Part shown: positions 50,429 through 60,777 of the stretch, piece after piece
Layout: the number at the start of each line of letters is the position of its first letter
Numbering within the stretch: the stretch's first letter is position 1
Assembly (NCBI GenBank): GCA_945877405.1
Contig: CAMCSA010000003.1
Coordinates: 20,989 to 84,988 of the forward strand
Origin: an uncultured Erysipelotrichaceae bacterium
GTDB taxonomy: Bacteria > Bacillota_I > Bacilli_A > Erysipelotrichales > Erysipelotrichaceae
Length of the DNA: 64,000 nt
Reading direction: 5' to 3'
The notes under the pieces: model-generated
What the model saw: the letters and a program-made list of their open reading frames with translations, nothing else
What the model was told of the DNA's origin: nothing
Databases searched by the model: none
Position numbers and translations under genes: made by a program

Positions 50429-52120
50429 TTAACGTACGATTGTTTCCTGAACCTTTGTGATGATGTCTTCCACCGCAACATCCATCTTTTCACCGGTTCT
50501 GGCTTTGAATTCAACCTTACCGTCTTTGATACCCTTACCGACAGTAATACGGTATGGAATACCGATCAGTTCCATATCCTTGAACTTGACACCAGGTCTT
50601 TCATCACGATCATCAAGAATGACTTCATAGCCTTTGCGTGTCAGTTCTGCATAGATGCGTTCTGCTTCTGCAACCTGTTGTTCATCCTTTGTAGAGATGA
50701 TGACAATGGCTACCTGATATGGTGCAACTTCAATCGGCCAGTTGATGCCGTTTTCATCTGCATTCTGTTCTGCAAGAGCTGCCATTGCTCTAGCTGGGCC
50801 AATTCCATAGGAGCCCATCCATACATCCTGCAGCTGGTTGCTGGAATCCAGATAACGTAAATCCAGAGCCTTGGAATATTTTGTTCCAAGCTTGAATGTG
50901 TTGCCGACTTCAATACCGTGTTTGAATTCGATTGTTCCACCACACTTTGGACAGATATCACCTTCCATGATGTTTCTCAGATCTCCATGTCCTGTGATTG
51001 TGAAGTCCTTATTGTTGACATTGGCATAGTGATAGCCTGTTTTATTAGCACCAACAATGAAGTTCTGCATGTAAAGAACTTCTTCATCTGCATAGACAGG
51101 GCACTTGATGCCGATCGGTCCGGCAAAACCGACCTGTGCATCCGTTACACGGACAACCGTATCCGCATCTGCCAGTTCCACATTTGTGGCATTCAGCATC
51201 TTTCTCAGCTTTGTTTCGTTGACATCACGATCACCTCTGACCATAACCGCAACAGGGTTACCATCCACACTGTAGATCAGAGTCTTGACAAACTTCTTTG
51301 CATCCAGATGGAAATGTTCTGCAACTTCTTCAATTGTGCGGGAATTCGGTGTTTCCTCCAGGTACATTTCCTTTTCTTCTTCTTTGACTTCCGGCTTTTG
51401 TGGAATACATGGTGCAACTTCGATGTTGCTTGCAAAATCACAGGAATCGCAAAGAACAAGAACATCTTCACCGATTGGTGTAATTGCCTGGAATTCTTCA
51501 GAAAGAAGGCCACCCATGACACCTGTATCTGCTCTTACAATACGATAATCCAGATGCAGTCTGTCCATGATGTTCTTATAGGCATTAAACTGCTTTGCAT
51601 AGGCAACATCCAGTCCTGCCTCATCCGCATCAAATGTATAGGCATCCTTCATGATGAACTCACGTACACGGATCAGACCGAAACGAGGTCTTGGTTCATC
51701 ACGGAACTTTGTCTGCATCTGATATAAAGAAAACGGCATATCCTTATAGGATCTGATCTTCATCTTTGCAGCAAGAGCGAACAGTTCTTCGTGTGTTGGA
51801 CCAAGAACGTAGTCCTGACCTTTTCTGTCCTTGAGGGCAAACATGGAGGAACCGAATCCTTCACGTCTTCCACTGGATACATACACTTCTTCAGGGATCA
51901 AAGAAGGCATCAGTACTTCCTGACAGCCTGTAGCATCCATTTCCTGTCGGATGATCTCCTCAATTTTCTGCATGACACGTAAGCCAAGTGGCAGCATCAT
52001 ATATACACCGGCAGAACTTTTTTTGATAAAACCGGCGCGAACAAGCAGATTGGAGCTAACAAGCTCTTCATCTCTGACATTTTCACGCAGGGTATAAAAG
52101 AAACTGTTTTTTAACTTCAT
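50429..52120 (-). CDS. proS: Proline--tRNA ligase (bacterial type with INS editing domain)
   Basis: MKLKNSFFYTLRE..., motif 2 KFRDEPRPRFGLIRVREFIMKDAY, 563 aa. Confidence 0.96.
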   Translation of the reverse strand: MKLKNSFFYTLRENVRDEELVSSNLLVRAGFIKKSSAGVYMMLPLGLRVMQKIEEIIRQEMDATGCQEVLMPSLIPEEVYVSSGRREGFGSSMFALKDRKGQDYVLGPTHEELFALAAKMKIRSYKDMPFSLYQMQTKFRDEPRPRFGLIRVREFIMKDAYTFDADEAGLDVAYAKQFNAYKNIMDRLHLDYRIVRADTGVMGGLLSEEFQAITPIGEDVLVLCDSCDFASNIEVAPCIPQKPEVKEEEKEMYLEETPNSRTIEEVAEHFHLDAKKFVKTLIYSVDGNPVAVMVRGDRDVNETKLRKMLNATNVELADADTVVRVTDAQVGFAGPIGIKCPVYADEEVLYMQNFIVGANKTGYHYANVNNKDFTITGHGDLRNIMEGDICPKCGGTIEFKHGIEVGNTFKLGTKYSKALDLRYLDSSNQLQDVWMGSYGIGPARAMAALAEQNADENGINWPIEVAPYQVAIVIISTKDEQQVAEAERIYAELTRKGYEVILDDRDERPGVKFKDMELIGIPYRITVGKGIKDGKVEFKARTGEKMDVAVEDIITKVQETIVR

Positions 52121-52226
52121 GTTTTTCTCCTTAAACGAGGAAAATTATACCATATCTTTACTGTACGAAACCTGTTTAATTGTGTATAATAGTCAAAATT
52201 AAAAAACGGAGGGTAAGAAAAGATAC

Positions 52227-53735
52227 ATGGCAAAGTATTACAACGAACCATCTCATACATTCAGTGAGTATTTACTGATACCAGGATATACAGGTCCTGA
52301 AAACATCCCTGACAATGTGTCATTGAAAACACCTTTGGTGAAATTCAGAAAGGGTGAGGAACCTGCGATTTCTCTTAACATCCCGATGGTATCTGCAGTC
52401 ATGCAGTCTGTATCAGGTGATCGTTTGGGTATTGCATTAGCAAAAGAAGGTGGCATGTCCTTCATTTTCGGTTCTCAGTCCATTGAATCTCAGGCAGCAA
52501 TGGTAGCGCGCGTCAAGAACTACAAGGCAGGATTTGTCATTTCTGATTCCAATATCAAACCGGATGCAACATTACAGGATGTACTGGATCTGTTGGAAGA
52601 AACAGGACATTCCACAATGGCAGTTACGGATGACGGCACAAGCAACGGTAAACTGCTGGGTATGGTTACATCCCGTGACTATCGTATTTCCAGAATGACA
52701 CCGGATACACCTGTTTCCGCATTCATGACACCAAGAGAAAATCTTGTTGTGGGTGGTAAGGAAACAACTCTTTCCGATGCCAATGATCTGATCTGGGATC
52801 ACAAACTTAATACACTTCCAATTGTAGATGACAATGATCATCTGTTATACATGGTATTCCGTAAGGACTATGATTCTCATAAGGAATTCCCGAATGAACT
52901 TTCCGATGATGAAAAACGACTGATGGTAGGTGCAGGTATCAACTCCCGTGACTATCGTGAAAGAATCCCTGCTCTTGTCAATGCAGGGGTAGACTGCCTT
53001 GTCATCGACTCTTCTGAAGGTTATTCCTGCTGGCAGGCTGATACGATCAGATGGGTCAGAGAAAACTATGGCGATACAGTCAAGATCGGTGCTGGTAACA
53101 TCGTGGATGAAGAAGGCTTCCGTTTCCTTGCAGATGCAGGTGCTGACTTCATCAAGATCGGTATCGGTGGTGGTTCTATCTGTATCACAAGAGAAACAAA
53201 GGGTATCGGACGTGGGCAGGCAACAGCTGTTATTGAAGTTGCTGCAGCACGTGATAAATACTTTGAAGAAACAGGCGTCTATGTGCCGATCTGTTCTGAT
53301 GGCGGTATCGTTTATGACTATCACATGACACTGGCTCTTGCAATGGGTGCAGACTTTGTCATGCTGGGAAGATATTTCTCCCGTTTTGAAGAAGCACCTG
53401 GTCAGAAGCTTGTTGTTAACGGCAACACCGTCAAGGAATACTGGGGTGAAGGATCTGCCCGTGCAAGAAACTGGGGCAGATATGACCTTGGACAGGGCAA
53501 GAAGCTCAGTTTCGAAGAAGGTGTTGACTCCTATGTTCCATATGCTGGTACATTGAAGGACAACGTTGCGATGACAACACTGAAGATCCGCTCTACAATG
53601 TGCAACTGCGGTGCTCTGACAATTCCAGAACTGCAGGAAAAGGCAAAGCTGACACTTGTTTCCGCAACTTCCATCGTGGAAGGTGGCGCACACGATGTCA
53701 CTGTCAAGCATAACGATAACAGCTACAACAAGTAA
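52227..53735 (+). CDS. guaB: IMP dehydrogenase
   Basis: CBS pair insert, catalytic loop [12 protein letters not shown], and [11 protein letters not shown]-type flap. Confidence 0.96.
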   Translation: MAKYYNEPSHTFSEYLLIPGYTGPENIPDNVSLKTPLVKFRKGEEPAISLNIPMVSAVMQSVSGDRLGIALAKEGGMSFIFGSQSIESQAAMVARVKNYKAGFVISDSNIKPDATLQDVLDLLEETGHSTMAVTDDGTSNGKLLGMVTSRDYRISRMTPDTPVSAFMTPRENLVVGGKETTLSDANDLIWDHKLNTLPIVDDNDHLLYMVFRKDYDSHKEFPNELSDDEKRLMVGAGINSRDYRERIPALVNAGVDCLVIDSSEGYSCWQADTIRWVRENYGDTVKIGAGNIVDEEGFRFLADAGADFIKIGIGGGSICITRETKGIGRGQATAVIEVAAARDKYFEETGVYVPICSDGGIVYDYHMTLALAMGADFVMLGRYFSRFEEAPGQKLVVNGNTVKEYWGEGSARARNWGRYDLGQGKKLSFEEGVDSYVPYAGTLKDNVAMTTLKIRSTMCNCGALTIPELQEKAKLTLVSATSIVEGGAHDVTVKHNDNSYNK

Positions 53736-53740
53736 GTAAC

Positions 53741-53769
53741 AGGGTTCCTGAAACAAGGAACCCTTTTTT
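53741..53769 (+). terminator. Intrinsic terminator after guaB
   Basis: Stem GGGTTCCT/AGGAACCC followed by T6. Confidence 0.75.
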
Positions 53770-53788
53770 AATGAAAACAAAAGGCAGA

Positions 53789-54367
53789 TCAGTTCCGGTC
53801 TGCCTGTTGTTTTCTGTATTGTTTCATCTGCTGTTTCAGTTGTGCAAATACTGCTTTTTCACCATGATCTGCAATCTGCTGTAATACCTGCTGCAGCTTT
53901 TCTGCAGTAGAAGGATGCATGTACAGCCTGTCATTTCTTGTATTGAAATACTCTAATGCAGAAGCACTTGTATACGCATCTTTCTGATAGATCCGACATG
54001 CTGCAACCCGATCACAGACCATTTCCACAAAATAAGGGAAAGGCATTACAAGTGGTTGCCATATGCCATCCTTCAGATCATACCAGTATTCCCAATGATG
54101 TCTGTTTCTGCCTTTATGATGCATCCAACCATTCGCATATCCGAAGTGTTCCTTTTCATACATGTATGGGGAACGGTTTCCCTGAAAATACCGTACCGAT
54201 TCGATGAATTCCGCAGGCTCATATTTGGAAAGATCATGTGTGAGCCCCTGTCTGTAAAGTCCACAGGCAAAGCAGTTTTTCATGACTTCATAACGATGTG
54301 TATTGATCGTATGCAAATGCAGAAAGAACTTTCTGATCCAGCTGTACTGTACTGTTGTTTCACCCAT
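53789..54367 (-). CDS. DUF5662-like protein (HD-like LTHDLSKY motif), unknown function
   Basis: CFACGLYRQGLTHDLSKYEPAEF...YFQGNRSP...HHKGRNRHHWEYW. Start chosen at ATG 54367, which lies 7 nt after a TAAAAT box. Confidence 0.6.
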   Translation of the reverse strand: MGETTVQYSWIRKFFLHLHTINTHRYEVMKNCFACGLYRQGLTHDLSKYEPAEFIESVRYFQGNRSPYMYEKEHFGYANGWMHHKGRNRHHWEYWYDLKDGIWQPLVMPFPYFVEMVCDRVAACRIYQKDAYTSASALEYFNTRNDRLYMHPSTAEKLQQVLQQIADHGEKAVFAQLKQQMKQYRKQQADRN

Positions 54368-54374
54368 GGCCAAT

Positions 54375-54380
54375 ATTTTA
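54375..54380 (-). promoter_or_regulatory. -10 box TAAAAT 7 nt before the ATG at 54367 (leaderless-type)
   Basis: The minus strand reads gcaTAAAATattggccATG. Confidence 0.4.
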
Positions 54381-54459
54381 TGCCAACACACAACAGGATG
54401 CAAGAAATCAGCTGAAAACAGGCATGAAACATGATAGAATGGAGAACAGGAGATAAGAA

Positions 54460-54840
54460 ATGAAAAGAAGTCAGGAACGTGAAAAGGCGATGATCGCCGT
54501 ATATCAGTATCTGCTTGTCAACCGTGACTTGGATACGCTGATTGAAGATACATTTGAAAGAAAGATTGAGAAAGTGGATCCGTATTTTACAACAATGGTC
54601 CATACGGCAGTCGATAACGAAAAGACATACGAAGGCTATATCAATGAAGTACTGAAGGAAGGATGGAAGTTTTCCCGACTTGGTGCGATTGAACGCGCCA
54701 TTCTGTTATGTGGCTGTTCCGAATTTGAAATGAAGCAGACACAGGCTGCCGTCATCATCGATGAGTATGTGGAACTTGCCAAGAAGTTCTGTGATGAGGA
54801 TGCCTACAAACTCATCAATCGTGTTCTGGATATCATATGA
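54460..54840 (+). CDS. nusB: Transcription antitermination factor NusB
   Basis: MKRSQEREKAMIAVYQYLL... and size. Lies upstream of xseA as in Bacillus. Confidence 0.9.
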   Translation: MKRSQEREKAMIAVYQYLLVNRDLDTLIEDTFERKIEKVDPYFTTMVHTAVDNEKTYEGYINEVLKEGWKFSRLGAIERAILLCGCSEFEMKQTQAAVIIDEYVELAKKFCDEDAYKLINRVLDII

Positions 54841-56246
54841 GCCGGCGTATCATCCCTGTATCCACACTTGTACATTACCTGAAAGGATCACTGGAAAGTG
54901 ATCCTGTATTGCATGGTGTACTTGTCGAAGGAGAAATATCCAATTTACGCAAGCCATACAGCGGTCACTGGTATTTTTCATTGAAAGATGAAAGGTCCAG
55001 TATATCCTGTGTGATGTTTTCATCATACAATCGCAGAGTCGGCTTTGAGGTTCATAATGGCGATAAAGTGGAAATCAGAGGGGATGTTTCCGTATATGAA
55101 GCAGGTGGAAGCCTGCAGATCATGGTCAATGCCATGCGTCCTTCCGGGATCGGAGATCTTTACCTGAAACTGGAAGAAATGAAAAAAAGAATGAATGAGG
55201 AAGGTCTGTTTGATCCTCAACATAAAAAACCATTACCTGCCTATCCGATGGATGTGGCATTAGTTACAGGAAACAACACTGCCGCAAGAGAAGATGTGCT
55301 GATCACACTCAAAAAACGCTGGCCATGTGCAAAGCTGAGAGAATATCCTGCTCCTGTACAGGGAATGGAAGCAGCCCCAAAGATCATCGATGCCCTGCAG
55401 AAAGCGGATCAGGGAAACCATGAAATCATACTGTTAGTGCGGGGTGGTGGATCGATCGAGGATCTGTGGTGTTTCAACGATGAGTCACTTGTCAGATTCA
55501 TTTATCAGATGCATACACCTGTGGTAACAGGAATCGGTCATGAAACTGACTTTACGCTATGTGATTATGTTGCGGATGTTCGGGCAAATACCCCAACCGG
55601 GGCAGTTGAAACAGCTGTACCGGATCGTTTGGAAGTATCCGGACAGCTGCATCAGTATGCCATGCGGATGAGCAGTCTGATGCATAAACAGCTGGAATCA
55701 GCACGCATTCATCTCGATCATCTCAGTACTTCCCCGATATTGTGTGATCCTGGGCGGCTGACAAAGATGCACAGCCTTATTCTGCATCATCACAAACAGC
55801 AACTATTGCATTTTCCATTACGGCTGCAGGCAGATCAGATCCATCTACAGCGCCTGCATCACCGCTTTGAATCTGCAACTTCCGATTCCTTAAAGCAGAT
55901 GCATGCACTTGTTGATGAAAAACAGGCAGCATTGCTGATGTGGCAGACAGAATCCGTAAAAAACAGAAAAGAGCTGATTCTGCAGGAAAAAGATACTCTG
56001 ATTGAGCATATGGAACAGCGTCTTATGCAGATGAATGATAAAATGAGAATGCAGAGTGCCCTGCTGGATGCCTATTCACCTTTAAAGGTGCTTGCAAGAG
56101 GCTACAGCGTGGTAAGCAAAGATAAGATACCGGTAAAGGATTCTGTAGTGCTGAAAAAAGGGGATATGGTTACCATACGTCTTTCTTCAGGCAGTGCAGA
56201 AGCAGAAATAATGGAGGTACAACATGGCACAGAAAATGAAATTTGA
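54837..56246 (+). CDS. xseA: Exodeoxyribonuclease VII large subunit
   Basis: OB-fold N-terminus (VLVEGEISNLRKPYSGHWYFSLKD) and GRGGGSIEDLW. Confidence 0.93.
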   Translation: MSRRIIPVSTLVHYLKGSLESDPVLHGVLVEGEISNLRKPYSGHWYFSLKDERSSISCVMFSSYNRRVGFEVHNGDKVEIRGDVSVYEAGGSLQIMVNAMRPSGIGDLYLKLEEMKKRMNEEGLFDPQHKKPLPAYPMDVALVTGNNTAAREDVLITLKKRWPCAKLREYPAPVQGMEAAPKIIDALQKADQGNHEIILLVRGGGSIEDLWCFNDESLVRFIYQMHTPVVTGIGHETDFTLCDYVADVRANTPTGAVETAVPDRLEVSGQLHQYAMRMSSLMHKQLESARIHLDHLSTSPILCDPGRLTKMHSLILHHHKQQLLHFPLRLQADQIHLQRLHHRFESATSDSLKQMHALVDEKQAALLMWQTESVKNRKELILQEKDTLIEHMEQRLMQMNDKMRMQSALLDAYSPLKVLARGYSVVSKDKIPVKDSVVLKKGDMVTIRLSSGSAEAEIMEVQHGTENEI

Positions 56247-56436
56247 AGCATCCATGGCACGTCTGGATGAAATCGTAAATGAACTTGAGAAGAATGAAAG
56301 ACCTCTGGATGAATCCATTCAGCTGTTTGAAGAAGGGCTGAAACTCGTTCGTGCCTGCAATGAGAAACTCAATGAGTTTGAAACACAGGTAAAGGATATC
56401 ATGGAAAGAAATGGTGGTGATTTGGATGCGGATTGA
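56224..56436 (+). CDS. xseB: Exodeoxyribonuclease VII small subunit
   Basis: FEASMARLDEIVNELEKNERPLDESIQLFEEG. GGAGG SD inside the xseA 3' end. Confidence 0.9.
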   Translation: MAQKMKFEASMARLDEIVNELEKNERPLDESIQLFEEGLKLVRACNEKLNEFETQVKDIMERNGGDLDAD

Positions 56437-57262
56437 AGAAGTACTGCAAAAATTTCTTGATCGGCTTACTGATTCTAAAGTCAAGGAAGCCATGTCCTAT
56501 TCATTAATGGCAGGTGGCAAGCGTATCCGTCCTAATCTGTTGTATGAAGTACTGAAAGGATATGGTAAAAACGAATCAGATGGGGATGCCTATGCTGCTG
56601 CTATTGAAATGATTCATACATATTCTCTGATTCATGATGATCTGCCTGCCATGGACAATGATGACTTAAGAAGAGGCAGACCGACATGTCATAAGCAGTT
56701 TGATGAAGCAACTGCTATTCTTGCCGGTGATGGCTTACTGACTTTTGCGTTTGAAACATGTGCGAATGCGAATACGCCAGCTGAAATCAGAGTCAGATGC
56801 ATTGCCATGCTTGCTTCACTTGCAGGAGCGGATGGCATGGTACATGGACAGGATCTGGACATGAATGAGTCCGCACAGTCTGACTGGGATTACCTGAAGC
56901 AGGTACATACATATAAAACCGGTTGTCTTTTAAGTGTGCCGATGATGATTGGCGCATGTCTGAGTGGTCAAAGTGAAGAGATTATTGAAAAGTGGCATCA
57001 GATCGGTAATGCGATCGGTCTGGCTTTTCAGATTCAGGATGACATTCTGGATGTACAGCTGACAGCAGAACAGTTCGGTAAATCCAATTCGGATGAAAGA
57101 AACGATAAGGTGACAAGTGTTACCCTGCTTGGTATGGAAAAGGCGGAAGCCATGATGAATGATCTTTATACACAAGCGGAACAATCCATTGCTCAGATGC
57201 CTGAATTTGATGGAACACAGCTGATCAGCATGGTGGAACAGATCAGAAGCCGCAGAATCTGA
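56426..57262 (+). CDS. ispA: (2E,6E)-farnesyl diphosphate synthase / polyprenyl synthetase (start 56411 or 56426)
   Basis: FARM LIHDDLPAMDNDDLRRG and SARM FQIQDDILD. Confidence 0.88.
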   Translation: MRIEEVLQKFLDRLTDSKVKEAMSYSLMAGGKRIRPNLLYEVLKGYGKNESDGDAYAAAIEMIHTYSLIHDDLPAMDNDDLRRGRPTCHKQFDEATAILAGDGLLTFAFETCANANTPAEIRVRCIAMLASLAGADGMVHGQDLDMNESAQSDWDYLKQVHTYKTGCLLSVPMMIGACLSGQSEEIIEKWHQIGNAIGLAFQIQDDILDVQLTAEQFGKSNSDERNDKVTSVTLLGMEKAEAMMNDLYTQAEQSIAQMPEFDGTQLISMVEQIRSRRI

Positions 57263-57272
57263 AGGTGACAGT

Positions 57273-59141
57273 ATGAATCTATCAGATATTCACAATCCGG
57301 ATTTTCTGAAGAAAATGAGTGTGGATGAACTGGAAAGACTTGCTTCTGACATCCGTGCTTTTCTGATTCAGTCCATTTCTAAAACAGGCGGGCATCTTGC
57401 CAGTAATCTTGGTGTTGTTGATCTGACGATTGCCCTGCATTATGTGTTCCACTCACCAGTTGACAGGATTTTCTTTGATGTCGGCCATCAGTGTTATACC
57501 CATAAGATTCTGACTGGTAGAGCTGGTGCGTTCAATACCCTGCGTCAGTACAGAGGTCTTTCCGGATTTGAAAAGCGGAAGGAAAGTGAGCATGACGTAT
57601 GGGAAGCAGGTCACAGTTCCACATCGCTTTCTGCAGCCCTTGGAATGGCTGTAGCGCGTGATCTTGATCACGATGATTACTGTATCGTTCCAGTCATTGG
57701 CGATGGCGCATTGAGCTCAGGAATGGCTCTGGAAGCATTAAATGAAATCGGAAGCGAGAAAAGAAGGATGATCATTGTCTTCAATGATAACAACATGTCC
57801 ATTTCCCGCAATGTCGGTGCCTTATCCACAACATTTTCCAAACTGCGTACATCCAACGGCTATCTCAACATCAAACATAATCTGAAACGGAATCTCAAAC
57901 ATTCTCCTGTCGGGGAAGGGCTGTATAAAGGACTTGTAACGATGCGTGATTCCATCAAGGAACAGATTGTGGATACCGGAATTTTCGGCGAATATGGAAT
58001 AGACTATATCGGACCGGTGGATGGTCATAACATCCATGATATGATTCAGGTATTCAAAGCTGTGAAAAATCATGAAGGACCGATTGTTGTTCATGTCATC
58101 ACAAAAAAAGGAAAAGGATATGCCCCTTGTGAAAATGACCGGGAAGGATACTGGCATGGGGTTGGACCATTCAATCCTGCCACTGGTAAACCATTGCATG
58201 ATACTCCTCCTGGTTATCAGCCATGGGCTGCAGTCATGACGCAGCAGCTGATTCGTGAAGCAGAAACAAGCAAGGATGTTATTGCGATTACTCCGGCTAT
58301 GGCAAACGGATCCAAACTGAATCCTTTCTTTGCCAGATTTCCGGAAAGAAGCTTTGATACAGGGATTGCGGAAGAACATGCTGCCACATTTGCAGCCGGA
58401 CTGGCTCTTTCTGGCAAGCGTCCGTATTTTGTCGTTTACAGTTCCTTTCTGCAAAGATGCTATGATCAGATCAATCATGATATCTGCAGAATGGATCTTC
58501 CGGTAGTCATCGGTGTGGATCATGCCGGCATTGTCGGCAGTGATGGTGAAACGCATCATGGCATTTATGATCTTGGACTGCTTACCGGGCTGCCGAATAT
58601 GATTGTTGCCCAGCCATGCAATGCCAATGAAACACAGGATCTTGTACATACAGCCTTCCATCAGTCTCATCCGTTTGCGATACGTTTCAGTAAATCTGTG
58701 ATTCCATTTGATCCAGGTTATGAAGCCAGAAAGATCGAAATCGGAACATGGGTCAGACATAATGATCTTCCTGATCATAAGGTTGCAGTGCTGACCTATG
58801 GAGAATGTGTGGAAACTGTACTGGAAAAAGTCATGTCCAATCAGTTACCTGTCACTGTCATCAACTGCCGTTTTCTGAAGCCTTTGGATAAGGAAATGAT
58901 TGAATGGCTGTGTAAAAAGGATATGTACTGCATCACATATGAAAGTGATACGCTGATCCATGGACTTGGTTCATTGATCCTAGAATATGCAAATTCTAAA
59001 AATTTATCATTAAAAATGCATCGAATCGGAATTCCTGATGTATATGTACAGCATGGGAGTGAAAGACTGTTGCGTCGTGAGCTGCATATCGATATGAATA
59101 CGCTCATGGACGAGGTCGAAAAGAAACTGCATTATGATTAG
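57273..59141 (+). CDS. dxs: 1-deoxy-D-xylulose-5-phosphate synthase
   Basis: GGHLASNLG, AGHSSTSLSAALG, IGDGALSSGMA. Confidence 0.96.
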   Translation: MNLSDIHNPDFLKKMSVDELERLASDIRAFLIQSISKTGGHLASNLGVVDLTIALHYVFHSPVDRIFFDVGHQCYTHKILTGRAGAFNTLRQYRGLSGFEKRKESEHDVWEAGHSSTSLSAALGMAVARDLDHDDYCIVPVIGDGALSSGMALEALNEIGSEKRRMIIVFNDNNMSISRNVGALSTTFSKLRTSNGYLNIKHNLKRNLKHSPVGEGLYKGLVTMRDSIKEQIVDTGIFGEYGIDYIGPVDGHNIHDMIQVFKAVKNHEGPIVVHVITKKGKGYAPCENDREGYWHGVGPFNPATGKPLHDTPPGYQPWAAVMTQQLIREAETSKDVIAITPAMANGSKLNPFFARFPERSFDTGIAEEHAATFAAGLALSGKRPYFVVYSSFLQRCYDQINHDICRMDLPVVIGVDHAGIVGSDGETHHGIYDLGLLTGLPNMIVAQPCNANETQDLVHTAFHQSHPFAIRFSKSVIPFDPGYEARKIEIGTWVRHNDLPDHKVAVLTYGECVETVLEKVMSNQLPVTVINCRFLKPLDKEMIEWLCKKDMYCITYESDTLIHGLGSLILEYANSKNLSLKMHRIGIPDVYVQHGSERLLRRELHIDMNTLMDEVEKKLHYD

Positions 59142-60777
59142 AAATCTTTACATTCAAAACTTCGTACTGATCGAAAAACTTGCACTGGATTTTAATGAAG
59201 GATTCAGTGCCTTTACTGGTGAAACCGGAGCCGGTAAATCCATCCTGATTGATGCCATCTCTTTGTTATGTGGTGAAAGAGCAAGTTCCTCTGTTGTTTC
59301 TGCAGGCTGTGAGAAAGCAATCATTGAAGGAACCTTTGATCTGAGCAATGATCAGACAGCTGTGGCTGTTTTGCAGGAAGCAGGTTTTGCTTGTGATGGG
59401 GATGTTACATTTACAAGAGAAATCACAAAATCCGGCAAGTCTGTTGCAAGGATTGATCATCGTATCGCACCATTATCTCTTTTAAAGGAAGTTCTGATGA
59501 ATCAGGTCGATATCCATGGACAAAGGGATAATTCCTACCTCCTCAATACTTCCAATCACCTGCATCTGCTTGATGCATACCTCAAAGATGAAAAGCAGTG
59601 TGAACAGGTAAAACAGGCATATGATGTATATCATGGTCTGTTACAGGAAAAGTACAGGCTGGAACACGAAACATTCAACCAGGATGATCTGGAATTCTAC
59701 CGCTATCAGGTCAATGAAATTGAAAGTGCTGATCTGCAGATCGGAGAAGATGAAATCCTGCAAGAAAAGGAAAAGCGGTTTGAGATGCTCAAAGATTCCT
59801 ATGAAAAGATCAACGAAATCTTTCATCTGTATCACGAGCATGTTGCTGATCAGCTGTATGAAATCAACAGGCTGATGGGAAGTCTTAAGGATGAAGCCAT
59901 GGCATCGGTGTCGGATACAGTCAATGACTGTTATTACGCCCTGGATGATGCCTTTACCACACTTGCTTCCATCAAAGATGAAATGGATCTTTCAGAAGAG
60001 GAAATCAACCAGATGGAAGAAAGGCTGTTTACGATCAACAGACTGAAAAGAAAGTATGGTAATACGATTGAAGATATTCTGCGCAAAAAAGATGAACTGC
60101 AGCAGATGATCGATTCCTTTGAAAACAGGCAGGAATATCTGCAGCGCATTGAATCAAGGATTATAAGGGCAAAAAAAGAATATGAATCCTGTGCAAAGAC
60201 ATTATCTGAAATCAGAACTTCTCAAAGCCACAGACTGGATGAAGAGATTGAATCTCAGTTAAAAGATCTTCTGCTTGTCAACGCAAGATTCAAAACCGTA
60301 TTTCAGCAGGAAAATGAACCGACAGCTCATGGAGCTGAAAACTGTGAATTCCATATTTCCATGAATAAGGGAGAAACACTCAAACCTCTTTCCAAAACTG
60401 CTTCTGGTGGTGAGCTGAGCAGACTCATGCTTGGGCTTAAGGTCATCTTTACACATCTGATGGGCATTGAAACCGTCATCTTTGATGAAATTGATACTGG
60501 TGTATCCGGACCTGTTGCTACGGCAATCGGTCATAAGATGAAGTCCCTGTCATCAACATGTCAGGTATTTGCGGTTACTCATCTTGCTCAGGTTGCAGCA
60601 TGTGGTGATACAAACTACTTCGTATCCAAGGCAGATGATGGAACCAATACACGTTCCACAGTCACAATGCTGGATGAAGAAGGAGTCATCAGACAGCTTG
60701 CTCTGATCGCATCCGGTGTCATCAGTGAATCTTCACTGAATGCCGCAAAAGAACTGTATGAAAGGAATCATGGCTGA
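59134..60777 (+). CDS. recN: DNA repair protein RecN
   Basis: Walker A GETGAGKS, coiled-coil centre, SGGELSR signature, IFDEIDTG. Confidence 0.95.
   Translation: MIRNLYIQNFVLIEKLALDFNEGFSAFTGETGAGKSILIDAISLLCGERASSSVVSAGCEKAIIEGTFDLSNDQTAVAVLQEAGFACDGDVTFTREITKSGKSVARIDHRIAPLSLLKEVLMNQVDIHGQRDNSYLLNTSNHLHLLDAYLKDEKQCEQVKQAYDVYHGLLQEKYRLEHETFNQDDLEFYRYQVNEIESADLQIGEDEILQEKEKRFEMLKDSYEKINEIFHLYHEHVADQLYEINRLMGSLKDEAMASVSDTVNDCYYALDDAFTTLASIKDEMDLSEEEINQMEERLFTINRLKRKYGNTIEDILRKKDELQQMIDSFENRQEYLQRIESRIIRAKKEYESCAKTLSEIRTSQSHRLDEEIESQLKDLLLVNARFKTVFQQENEPTAHGAENCEFHISMNKGETLKPLSKTASGGELSRLMLGLKVIFTHLMGIETVIFDEIDTGVSGPVATAIGHKMKSLSSTCQVFAVTHLAQVAACGDTNYFVSKADDGTNTRSTVTMLDEEGVIRQLALIASGVISESSLNAAKELYERNHG

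Noticed and set aside
50918-51727. 269-aa ORF antisense to proS. Similar long antisense ORFs lie at 42426-43166 (valS), 6592-7311 (macrodomain gene), 23345-23968 (gmk) and 20732-21316 (rluB).
   Set aside because: All lie fully inside well-supported genes on the other strand and have no start signals and biased composition. I treat them as artefacts of the six-frame track.
52121-52226. Purine riboswitch upstream of guaB
   Set aside because: The 106-bp divergent region is occupied by two promoters and SDs. It has no three-way-junction sequence pattern and is too short.
52845-53780. 311-aa ORF on the minus strand covering most of guaB
   Set aside because: It is entirely antisense to a full-length IMP dehydrogenase with clear motifs. 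The translation is Cys/Phe/Thr-rich low-complexity sequence with no recognisable domain, SD or promoter. This is typical of stop-poor antisense frames created by the codon usage of the sense gene.
57822-58778. 318-aa ORF antisense to dxs
   Set aside because: The reasoning is the same as for the guaB antisense ORF. The sense strand encodes an unambiguous DXP synthase, and the antisense product has no motifs or translation signals.
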